Shown: positions 15,001 to 22,713 of the stretch, in pieces
How the letters are laid out: every line of letters begins with the position of its first letter
How positions within the stretch are numbered: the stretch's first letter is position 1
Assembly (NCBI RefSeq): GCF_964204645.1
Contig: NW_027437469.1
Coordinates: 14,001 to 78,000 of the forward strand
Direction of reading: 5' to 3'
DNA from: Tubulanus polymorphus
Lineage: Eukaryota; Animalia; Nemertea
Length of the DNA stretch: 64,000 bases
Translations under genes and position numbers: made by a program
The notes under the pieces: generated by a model
Told to the model about the DNA's origin: nothing
What the model saw: only the letters and a program-made list of their open reading frames with translations
Database searches by the model: none

Positions 15001-16035
15001 GTTTTCGTATCAAATATTCCCCCTATCGGAAAAACCACAGTGTCGATGCGTAAAAGCGCTCAAATCGTCAGGCAAAGCACTTTTCGGCCCGAAAATGTCG
15101 TTCAGCGCGAGAAAAGCCGTTTTCGTATCAAATATTCTCCCTATCGGAAAAACGTCAACGTCGATGCGTAAAAGCGCTCAAATCGTCAGGAAAAGCACTT
15201 TTCGACGCGAAAACGTCGTTCGGCGTGAGAAAAGACGTTTTCGTATCAAATATTTCCCCTATCGAAAGAACGACAATGTCGATGCGTAAAAGCGCTCAAA
15301 TCGTCAGGAAAAGCACTTTTCAACGCGAAAACGTCGTCGTTCAGCGCGAGAAAAGACGTTTTCGTATCAAATATTCCCCCTATCGGAAAAACGACAATGT
15401 CGATGCGTAAAAGCGCTCAAATCGTCAGAAAAAGCACTTTTCGGACCGAAAACGTCGTTCAGCGCAAGAAAAGTTGTTTTCGTATCAAATATTCCCCCTA
15501 TCGGAAAAACCACAGTGTCGATGCGTAAAAGCGCTCAAATCGTCAGGAAAAGCACTTTTCGGCCCGAAAACGTCGTTCAGCGCGAGAAAAGACGTTTTCG
15601 TATCAAATATTCCCCCTATCGGAAAAAACCACAGCGTCGATGCGTAAAAGCGCTCAAATCGTCAGGCAAAGCACTTTTCGGCCCGAAAATGTCGTTCAGC
15701 GCGAGAAAAGCCGTTTTCGTATCAAATATTCTCCCTATCGGAAAAACGTCAATGTCGATGCTTAAAAGCGCTCAAATCGTCAGGAAAAGCACTTTTCGAC
15801 GCGAAAACGTCGTTCGGCGCGAGAAAAGACGTTTTCGTATCAAATATTCCCCCTATCGAAAGAACGACAATGTCGATGCGTAAAAGCGCTCAAATCGTCA
15901 GGAAAAACACTTTTCAACGCGAAAACGTCGTCGTTCAGCGCGAGAAAAGACGTTTTCGTATCAAATATTCCCCCTATCGGAAAAACGACAATGTCGATGC
16001 GTAAAAGCGCTCAAATATTCAGGAAAAGCACTTTT
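1..16035. repeat. Tandem satellite DNA array, 118-bp monomer (121-bp variant), left of the retrotransposon
   Basis: TCAGGAAAAG recurs at 1 and 119. Consensus TCAGGAAAAGCACTTTTCGGCCCGAAAACGTCGTTCAGCGCGAGAAAAGACGTTTTCGTATCAAATATTCCCCCTATCGGAAAAACGACAATGTCGATGCGTAAAAGCGCTCAAATCG. The 121-bp variant carries an extra GTC (GTCGTCGTTC). Head-to-tail, single orientation, continues off the window start. Confidence 0.99.
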
Positions 16036-16416
16036 TGCAACAGAAAATAAGTCGGAACAAATTGTTAGATGGAAAAGGCCAAGCGCCCCAGCTGCTTGAC
16101 GTTTATTTGAAAAATTATACCAAAACACGTGACAACCTAATTTGCTGTCACGTACAAAATTACAATATCATCAATCTAACAAAGAAATACAAAGTCATAC
16201 AAAACTAACTAGGTCAACCGCCCCAGCTGGATTGACCTAGTTTCTGATTTAAACAATTATCGGAAAAAATACTACGCGGTCAAACGCCCCTGCTGTTTGA
16301 CCTATTTATGAATACAAGTAACTACACCACTATTACTAAGAAGTCAAACGCCCCAGCTGTTTGACCTAGTTCGGAGTAAAAAGTCCTCGATTAATCGTAA
16401 GTGGGCTATAAAAATG
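16032..16416 (-). repeat. Split direct repeat B2 (element 3' end, ~385 bp)
   Basis: Copy of 16672-17060; contains four hairpins with a shared 9-nt loop. Confidence 0.95.
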
Positions 16417-16484
16417 GGCTAGAAAAGATTAATCGTAAGAGGGCTAACAAATGCCGTAGGCGCAGGTAGGGGATGGAGGGTGGT

Positions 16485-16675
16485 AAAATGTTAAACTTTA
16501 CGCCTGACTTCCGGAACTGAAAAGGACGTGTTTACTTCGCGTTGATTGGCTGGTTGGCTAATAGCACGAGGGCGGCGCCACCGGCTGGTGCTATGTTGCC
16601 CGCCGGGAGAAGAACTTCATTTTCTGTCGCAAAAATGCTGATGGGCAACTGGTCATTCGCACATCTTTTGTTTTT
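16485..16675 (-). repeat. Split direct repeat A2 (internal copy)
   Basis: Copy of 22523-22713. It directly abuts B1, forming the A/B circle-junction sequence CATCTTTTG-TTTTTT-GCAACAG (plus strand). Confidence 0.95.
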
Positions 16676-17060
16676 TGCAACAGAAAATAAGTCGGAACAA
16701 ATTGTTAGATGGAAAAGGCCAAGCGCCCCAGCTGCTTGACGTTTATTTGAAAAATTATACCAAAACACGTGACAACCTAATTTGCTGTCACGTACAAAAT
16801 TACAATATCATCAATCTAACAAAGAAATACAAAGTCATACAAAACTAACTAGGTCAACCGCCCCAGCTGGATTGACCTAGTTTCTGATTTAAACAATTAT
16901 CGGAAAAAATACTACGCGGTCAAACGCCCCTGCTGTTTGACCTATTTATGAATACAAGTAACTACTTGACTTCTTAGTAATAGTGGTGCAAACGCCCCAG
17001 CTGTTTGACCTAGTTCGGAGTAAAAAGTCCTCGATTAATCGTAAGTGGGCTATAAAAATG
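16672..17060 (-). repeat. Split direct repeat B1 (internal copy, ~389 bp)
   Basis: TTTTTGCAACAGAAAATAAG...GGGCTATAAAAATG matches 16032-16416 except for a ~23-bp inverted segment. Confidence 0.95.
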
Positions 17061-17096
17061 CCACAAAGCCACCCACCTGTGGCTGAGCCCACACGA

Positions 17097-18050
17097 TCAC
17101 CTCGCAATCCTTATGTATTTACGGAAGGCCTCGGAATTCCACCGGCCTGCCGCCCTCATCTGTGCGTCGGGGACTCCCCTCGATGCTGCATCGGTTGCAG
17201 CGCCGATGCGGAAGGAGTGACCCTTGAACGCCCTAGGTGACAGTTTACACCATTCCAGCAGGCACACGAGGCGACGGTCGAATGCTCGCCTTAACCACGG
17301 AGCTCCACTGCAGTCTATAAAAAGCGGGCCTGGACGCGGGCCTCGGCGCTGTAAATAAGTGGTGATAGTCGATCGGGCATCGGTAACCCTGGTCGAAAGG
17401 GAGGAAAAATCAACCTGTATGACCTGAGGGCCAACGCGTGCGCTGTGCTTAAACTTCTTTAGGACTATTTGGAGACCAAAGGCGGTGAGTGCCACGTCTT
17501 CGAGCTGTACTACACTCTGCGTTAGGGCGAGTGTCCTCGGTAAGAGCTCCCCTAGGCGGAAATAACCACAAAACGCGATGGTCATAACCGATTTCACTAA
17601 AAGGCGGTTGTAGGACAGACTTTCCGTCACAGCAAGACAGTCAAATAAACGGGCCAAAACATCTGCGGTAATTGGGAGACGAACGTCGAAACTCCGCGAT
17701 AGATTTCTCGCGCCTGCTAACATTTTCTGAATGATAAATGATCGACAAGGGTCGGCCTCCCCTTTTATCTTGTGAAAATATGAAATTGCCGACAATGTCG
17801 ACGCAGTAGCTGCGGCCGACAAACCCTTTTCGTGCAAATGTGCGACGAACAAGACGATGGAATATTCTGAAACTGGGACCAAAATTGTGATGCCCAACTG
17901 CTGGCCAAACGCGACTAGCTTACCCCAAGACCGATCATAGGCCTTCGCGGTTTCCGTCGTCAAAGCCGCTGCTAACAGGGCGTCTATAGTAGGTTTATAT
18001 TTGCTGGCAGCCAAGACTGGGGAACCGGCGTAGGTTGAGGGTCGGCCCAT
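17097..18050 (-). CDS. Tyrosine recombinase (DIRS/Ngaro YR), 317 aa, intact
   Basis: Catalytic motifs FRLGEL (R), KKFKHS (K), GHSFRIGAAT (HxxR) and GRWNSEAFRKYIR (W, Y). The N-terminal helical region (TAKAYDRSW...TLSAISYFHK) is typical of DIRS YRs. Confidence 0.96.
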   Translation of the reverse strand: MGRPSTYAGSPVLAASKYKPTIDALLAAALTTETAKAYDRSWGKLVAFGQQLGITILVPVSEYSIVLFVAHLHEKGLSAAATASTLSAISYFHKIKGEADPCRSFIIQKMLAGARNLSRSFDVRLPITADVLARLFDCLAVTESLSYNRLLVKSVMTIAFCGYFRLGELLPRTLALTQSVVQLEDVALTAFGLQIVLKKFKHSARVGPQVIQVDFSSLSTRVTDARSTITTYLQRRGPRPGPLFIDCSGAPWLRRAFDRRLVCLLEWCKLSPRAFKGHSFRIGAATDAASRGVPDAQMRAAGRWNSEAFRKYIRIAR

Positions 18051-19615
18051 GGCGCTTCCATGCGAAATCGACGAAACTGGAACCGAGAAAGTAGGTCGGG
18101 TAAAATGTTATATTTTCCGGGTATATGTTCGCTAATGAAAACGATGTTAAATTTCAAACAAACAGAGACCATCTTGCGTACGAGGGTCATCATAGCCTTG
18201 TCCCGTGAAGATTGTTTATTAATAACGTGGACCACCGATTGGTTATCGGAATTAAAACATATAGTCTTATTTTTCCAATGTGCCCCCCAGATTGATAGTG
18301 CGGCAACGATTGGGTATAGTTCAAGGACCGCGATCGAACAAGACTTCCAGCTTAAAGGCCACGAACCGTGGAACCAGTGGGTGCCGTAAACGGCACCGTA
18401 ACCAAAAGCACCGGCGGAATCAGTGTACAAATTCAAACGATCGTTAGTGAGCTTACGCTCATCGATGAAAAATGATCGACCGTTAAAATTTGAAAGGAAG
18501 ACGTTCCAGACCCGGAGATCATTCTTCGCGCTCGCCGTCAGTGAAATGTGCAACGAACGGTGAGGCACGCCCACGGTGAGGTCGATCAGCCTCCTGAGAA
18601 ACGGTCGTCCCGGTACGATGACTGAGCAGGCAAAATTCAACGTCCCTAGTAGTGACTGTAACTCTCGCAAAGTCACTTTCCGTTTAGACAGGAATGTTTC
18701 CACCAGGGCCATGCATTTTGCCAATTTATCTTCCGGCAAACGTGCCTCGTGCAAAATAGTATCGAGCATGATGCCGGCAAACGGTAGGATTTGCGACGGG
18801 CGAAAAGTTTTGACTTCCTTAATGGGTACGCCGAGCTGTTCGCATAGGTCAAGAAAATTTATCAGATCGCGGTCGCACTTAGATTTGCCCTTAGCAATAA
18901 TCAAAAAATCATCTAAAATATGTACAACGTGGGAAATCCCGAGCTTATTAATCGCAATCCATTTAATACACGACGAGAACCGGTCAAAAATCGCGCAGGA
19001 GCTGGCTGCGCCCATGGGCAGAACAGCGTCGACGTAAAAAAGACCGTCTAAAGTGAAACCCAACAGTGGTTGGTCTAACTTATGTATAGGGATTATCCTG
19101 AAAGCCGACTCTATGTCGGTCTTTGCTAGGAAAACATCGTCACCAAGGGACTTGATGATTTTAATCGCATCCTGGATTGTCGAGTATTTAATGGTGGATG
19201 CCTCCTCGGGAATAAAATCGTTTATCGACGAGCCTTCCGGGTACGATAGATGATGAATAACCCTAAAACCCCCGGAGCTTTTAGGAACTACCCCTAGGGG
19301 TGAAACGTGAATTGGGGTACCGTCCGGCATGAATGGAGTCTGAAAAGGGCCCAGAACTCTACCCGTTGCAAGCTCTTTGTTGACTCTTTCGCGTATCACG
19401 TCAGGGCGCTCCCTAGCGGACTTAAGGTTATCGACGCATTTGGTAGATGAGGGGCCAGAGAAAAAACTATCTAAGCGAAAACCCGAAGTAAAACCTTCAA
19501 TAATAATGTCACGATCCTCGGCCTTGTAATCGTAAATGTATTTTCTAAGTTCGGAAATTTTGACCGGCGTCGGCAAACTATGATTTGTAGGTGGGGTCGC
19601 TACGTTTATGTCCAT
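17984..19615 (-). CDS. Reverse transcriptase / RNase H of a DIRS-order element, 543 aa, intact
   Basis: RT motifs SPLGVVPK, FRVIHHLS, KTDIESAFRIIP, LPMGAASSCAIF and HILDDF. RNase H motifs LYTDSAG, ELYPI, SDNQSVV and HIPGKYNILPDLLSR. Overlaps both neighbouring ORFs. Confidence 0.97.
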   Translation of the reverse strand: MDINVATPPTNHSLPTPVKISELRKYIYDYKAEDRDIIIEGFTSGFRLDSFFSGPSSTKCVDNLKSARERPDVIRERVNKELATGRVLGPFQTPFMPDGTPIHVSPLGVVPKSSGGFRVIHHLSYPEGSSINDFIPEEASTIKYSTIQDAIKIIKSLGDDVFLAKTDIESAFRIIPIHKLDQPLLGFTLDGLFYVDAVLPMGAASSCAIFDRFSSCIKWIAINKLGISHVVHILDDFLIIAKGKSKCDRDLINFLDLCEQLGVPIKEVKTFRPSQILPFAGIMLDTILHEARLPEDKLAKCMALVETFLSKRKVTLRELQSLLGTLNFACSVIVPGRPFLRRLIDLTVGVPHRSLHISLTASAKNDLRVWNVFLSNFNGRSFFIDERKLTNDRLNLYTDSAGAFGYGAVYGTHWFHGSWPLSWKSCSIAVLELYPIVAALSIWGAHWKNKTICFNSDNQSVVHVINKQSSRDKAMMTLVRKMVSVCLKFNIVFISEHIPGKYNILPDLLSRFQFRRFRMEAPWADPQPTPVPQSWLPANINLL

Positions 19616-20549
19616 TCGAGGGGCTGGGCGTTTTCCGACGCGGACAGCGAGCGGCTGAATGTGGGCCTCTGCATAACTTGCATTGGTGGGCGTATATGCA
19701 AGATTTTCGGGGACAGGACGAGGCGGCGCTATTAAACGCGTAGCAGAAATTGACTGCCTGGCCCGAAGATGCTCGAAAGGGCCGTTTCAAGTTATTATTT
19801 CGAGTCTTCGCTTCCAACCACAGCTCCCAATTGGTGGCGTCCCACCTACCGGCGACATCTGAAGCCGCACGGAGCGCACGAAAATTCTGGTCGTAAAACG
19901 CCCAATCCCCGCCCTGGGACGCAAGGTTCTGGACGCTTCGACCGTACTTGATCAGAGGTATGGCGTCATGAGGATGACGGCGCAAATGGACAGTAGAAAA
20001 GATTTCGAATGCCCTTACCCACTGCTCGATCGACTTAATGGCTGTAAGCCTGGGTGTCGCTATAGATACGTGAGGCGTTTCCTGACCAGGGGCGGGCAGC
20101 ACGTTAAAGGAATACGCCGCATCGGGCTTGCGCAAAAGCACCGCGAAATCCAGCCATTTTCCTGACCAAATAGATTCTTTTATCTTAACCGGCACTAACG
20201 CATCCAATGCCACCGCGGCGGGCAGAAAAGACCCCGGGCCGCTCAACTGTGGTTGTTGATAAAAACCCATACCATCGGGGATGATATTACCAGCTTCCGG
20301 CGCTGCCACATCCAAGGCCTGTGGTACTGTTATGGTCCCCTGCTGAGGCGTATTCTCAGCCTGCTGAGGTGTATTTGCAGCGGTGTTTGCAGGGATGGCG
20401 TTGACCTGGGGTAACAAAGAGACCGCTCTTTCGAGAGTCTCCAGCAGGCGGTCTGCCCGAGCCTCCTTCTCTGAGATAGCCCCAGCTGGCGCTTTCCTCC
20501 GCTTGTTTAAGGCTGGGGTTGCCTGTTGCTTTCTCTTGGTGCGCTGCAT
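19578..20549 (-). CDS. Gag-like protein with C-terminal zinc fingers, 323 aa
   Basis: Lies upstream of RT. Motifs IKESIWSGKWLDFAVLL, SIEQWVRAFEIF and WAFYDQNFR; Cys/His cluster CYAFN...C...C..AH.C..C...H....C as in Ngaro gag. Basic N-terminus is NLS-like. Confidence 0.88.
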   Translation of the reverse strand: MQRTKRKQQATPALNKRRKAPAGAISEKEARADRLLETLERAVSLLPQVNAIPANTAANTPQQAENTPQQGTITVPQALDVAAPEAGNIIPDGMGFYQQPQLSGPGSFLPAAVALDALVPVKIKESIWSGKWLDFAVLLRKPDAAYSFNVLPAPGQETPHVSIATPRLTAIKSIEQWVRAFEIFSTVHLRRHPHDAIPLIKYGRSVQNLASQGGDWAFYDQNFRALRAASDVAGRWDATNWELWLEAKTRNNNLKRPFRASSGQAVNFCYAFNSAASSCPRKSCIYAHQCKLCRGPHSAARCPRRKTPSPSNGHKRSDPTYKS

Positions 20550-20619
20550 TACTACTCTATATGACTACTAAAACACAAAATACGTGCGGGTTATTAACCG
20601 TATCAGTATTATGAATAAG

Positions 20620-21415
20620 ACCTGCCTACTGCCGGCAGCAGGAAAATTAAGCCCTAATATTAATGATTATTTCGTGGGCACCTGCCCAGAAGCAGGAAAA
20701 TTAAGCCCTTATACTAATTATTATTTCCTGGGCACCTGCCCAGAAGCAGGAAAATTAAGCCCTTATACTAATTATTATTTCCTGGGCACCTGCCCAGAAG
20801 CAGGAAAATTAAGCCCTAATATTAATGATTATCTCGTTGGCACCTGCCCAGAAGCAGGAAAATTAAGCCCTAATATTAATGATTATTTCGTGGGCACCTG
20901 CCCAGAAGCAGGAAAATTAAGCCCTTATACTAATTATTATTTTCCTGGGCACCTGCCCAGAAGCAGGAAAATTAAGCCCTAATATTAATGATTATCTCGT
21001 TGGCACCTGCCCAGAAGCAGGAAAATTAAGCCCTAATATTGATGATTAATTCGTAGGCACCTGCCCAGAAGCAGGAAAATTAAGCCCTTATACTAATTAT
21101 TATTTCCTGGGCACCTGCCCAGAAGCAGGAAAATTAAGCCCTTATGTTAATGATTGTCTCGTGGGCACCTGCCCAGAAGCAGGAAAATTAAGCCCAATAT
21201 TAATGATTATATCGTGGTAACCCGCCCAGAAGCAGGAAAATTAAGCCCAATATTCATGATTAATTATCCCGTGGGCACCTGCCTAGAAGCAGGGAAATTA
21301 AGCCCTATATCAATATGTATCACAGGAAAATTAAGCCCTCATATTAAACATTTATTCATGGGCACCTGCCCCGAAGCAGGAAAATTAAGCCCGATATTAA
21401 TGCTTATCTCCTGGG
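20620..21415. repeat. Internal 54-bp tandem array (~15 units; conserved 32-nt structured core plus ~22-nt AT-rich variable part)
   Basis: Core GGCACCTGCCCAGAAGCAGGAAAATTAAGCCC recurs at 20677, 20731, 20785, 20839, 20893, 20948, 21002, 21056, 21110, 21164 and further, degrading toward ~21550. Confidence 0.96.
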
Positions 21416-21708
21416 ACCTCCAGTACAGTAGCATATTCTAAAAACCTTTATGGTAATGATCGGGAAAAATGCACGCCCTAATCAATGGTTATTGCAGGAT
21501 TAGGAAAATTCCATGGGCCCCCGGCCAGAGGCAGGCAAAATTCAACCTTTCATCAATGAAGACCAGGTAAAAAACTTAAAGGTAATAACGTGCATAGAAA
21601 CATCAAACTGTATCATTTCTGAGCATCCGAGCATTAAGTTATTGGCTCAAGGATTACTGAGTACGTAAACTATATATATATATTTAAGGAGGCTATATGA
21701 ATCACTAA

Positions 21709-21766
21709 TTTATTTATTTATATATTAACGAATACTATATAAATCTTTTTTTTTTTTTTTTTTTAA
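21709..21766 (-). terminator. Candidate polyadenylation region of the hydrolase ORF (ATTAAA/A19 tract and AATAAA)
   Basis: T19 at 21746-21764 (A19 on the sense strand) lies ~55 nt after the stop. TTTATT (sense AATAAA) occurs at 21709-21714 and 21713-21718. Confidence 0.45.
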
Positions 21767-21819
21767 TACTATACAAGCAGTTATGTATGTGTGTCCATAT
21801 CACTACGTATTTCCATGCT

Positions 21820-22440
21820 TCAGACCCTTTCACTCCTATTAGTCCCGAGACACTTCCCGGCCTTAACCATCGCCCCACGGAGTGACCGATATAGTTTAAT
21901 GTTGCCCTGTTTGTTCAAGTGAACTAGATCCCCACCATACAGATTATATCTAGAATTCCAAAACCCCCGATGCCGCCAGGAAAATATCTTTTCGCACCCT
22001 GTACAAGCGGCGTGCAGAAATTCCTGCGCTTGTCTAACCCTACTATTCCCAGTAATTTCGTTAAAACTGCGCCATCTCTGGCGGCGAATAGGGTCACATA
22101 TATACACAACAGCACCCGTACGCTCGACAATGGTATTAGCGTATTGAAATATTTTCATTCCAACAAACGCTGGGGTTAGATACCGGTTATCTAGGTCGTT
22201 TGACCCAATCTGCAGCAAAACTAATGTAGGCCGCTGCTCACAGATCAATGAGAGCACATCACGGTTTATCAAAATATCTATTGTTGCTCCCCCAATACCG
22301 ATCAAATGAGGTGCCGCAAAGTCTAAACCAGCTAGACCCCAATCGGAATTAACAATAGAGGAAGCAGAACTATTCTCTCTCACAAAATCACCCAGGCGCC
22401 TGATATAACTATGGCCTACGACTACAATGTTCTTAGACAT
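21820..22440 (-). CDS. SGNH/GDSL-family hydrolase (esterase), 206 aa, intact
   Basis: All four SGNH blocks are present: VVVGHSY (Ser nucleophile, GHS instead of GDS), GGAT, LQIGSNDL and DLVHLN (DxxH). Confidence 0.92.
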   Translation of the reverse strand: MSKNIVVVGHSYIRRLGDFVRENSSASSIVNSDWGLAGLDFAAPHLIGIGGATIDILINRDVLSLICEQRPTLVLLQIGSNDLDNRYLTPAFVGMKIFQYANTIVERTGAVVYICDPIRRQRWRSFNEITGNSRVRQAQEFLHAACTGCEKIFSWRHRGFWNSRYNLYGGDLVHLNKQGNIKLYRSLRGAMVKAGKCLGTNRSERV

Positions 22441-22522
22441 CCTATCTAAAAATACCGGTATACAAAATTATCGGATGAGTACGTAAAAAAAAGGATAATT
22501 AACGATTAAAAAAGGAGAAATG

Positions 22523-22713
22523 AAAATGTTAAACTTTACGCCTGACTTCCGGAACTGAAAAGGACGTGTTTACTTCGCGTTGATTGGCTGGTTGGCTAAT
22601 AGCACGAGGGCGGCGCCACCGGCTGGTGCTATGTTGCCCGCCGGGAGAAGAACTTCATTTTCTGTCGCAAAAATGCTGATGGGCAACTGGTCATTCGCAC
22701 ATCTTTTGTTTTT
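22523..22713 (-). repeat. Split direct repeat A1 (element 5' end, ~191 bp)
   Basis: AAAATGTTAAACTTTACG...GCACATCTTTTGTTTTT is identical by eye to 16485-16675. Confidence 0.95.
22545..22590 (-). promoter_or_regulatory. Candidate promoter motifs in repeat A (CCAAT box and ETS-type CCGGAAGT)
   Basis: Minus strand AGCCAATCA (ATTGG at 22583-22587) and TTCCGGAAGT (22545-22554); also present in A2. Motif match only. Confidence 0.4.

Larger units (their letters stand above)
16032..22713 (-). mobile_element. Full-length Ngaro-type (DIRS order) tyrosine-recombinase retrotransposon with split direct repeats
   Basis: Overlapping gag, RT/RNase H and YR ORFs on the minus strand plus an SGNH ORF. The repeat layout A1...B1-A2-B2 is the split-direct-repeat architecture of Ngaro/PAT elements. 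No target-site duplication; both ends fall in one T-run of a satellite monomer. Confidence 0.95.

Noticed and set aside
16032-17060. Conventional LTRs or target-site duplication
   Set aside because: No TG...CA ends, primer-binding site or TSD; the geometry is split direct repeats and the integrase is a YR.
20620-21415. CRISPR array interpretation of the 54-bp repeat
   Set aside because: The spacers are homologous variants of each other, no cas genes are present, and the context is a eukaryotic retrotransposon.
20584-21441. Plus-strand repeat ORFs (TCPEAGKLSP...)
   Set aside because: Antisense to the element, a by-product of a 54-bp (3n) unit, and broken by 1-bp indels.
22590-22700. Ribozyme (HDV-like or hammerhead) in repeat A
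   Set aside because: Stems exist (ATAGCAC/GTGCTAT, GTTGCCC/GGGCAAC), but catalytic cores or the nested pseudoknot could not be assembled by eye.
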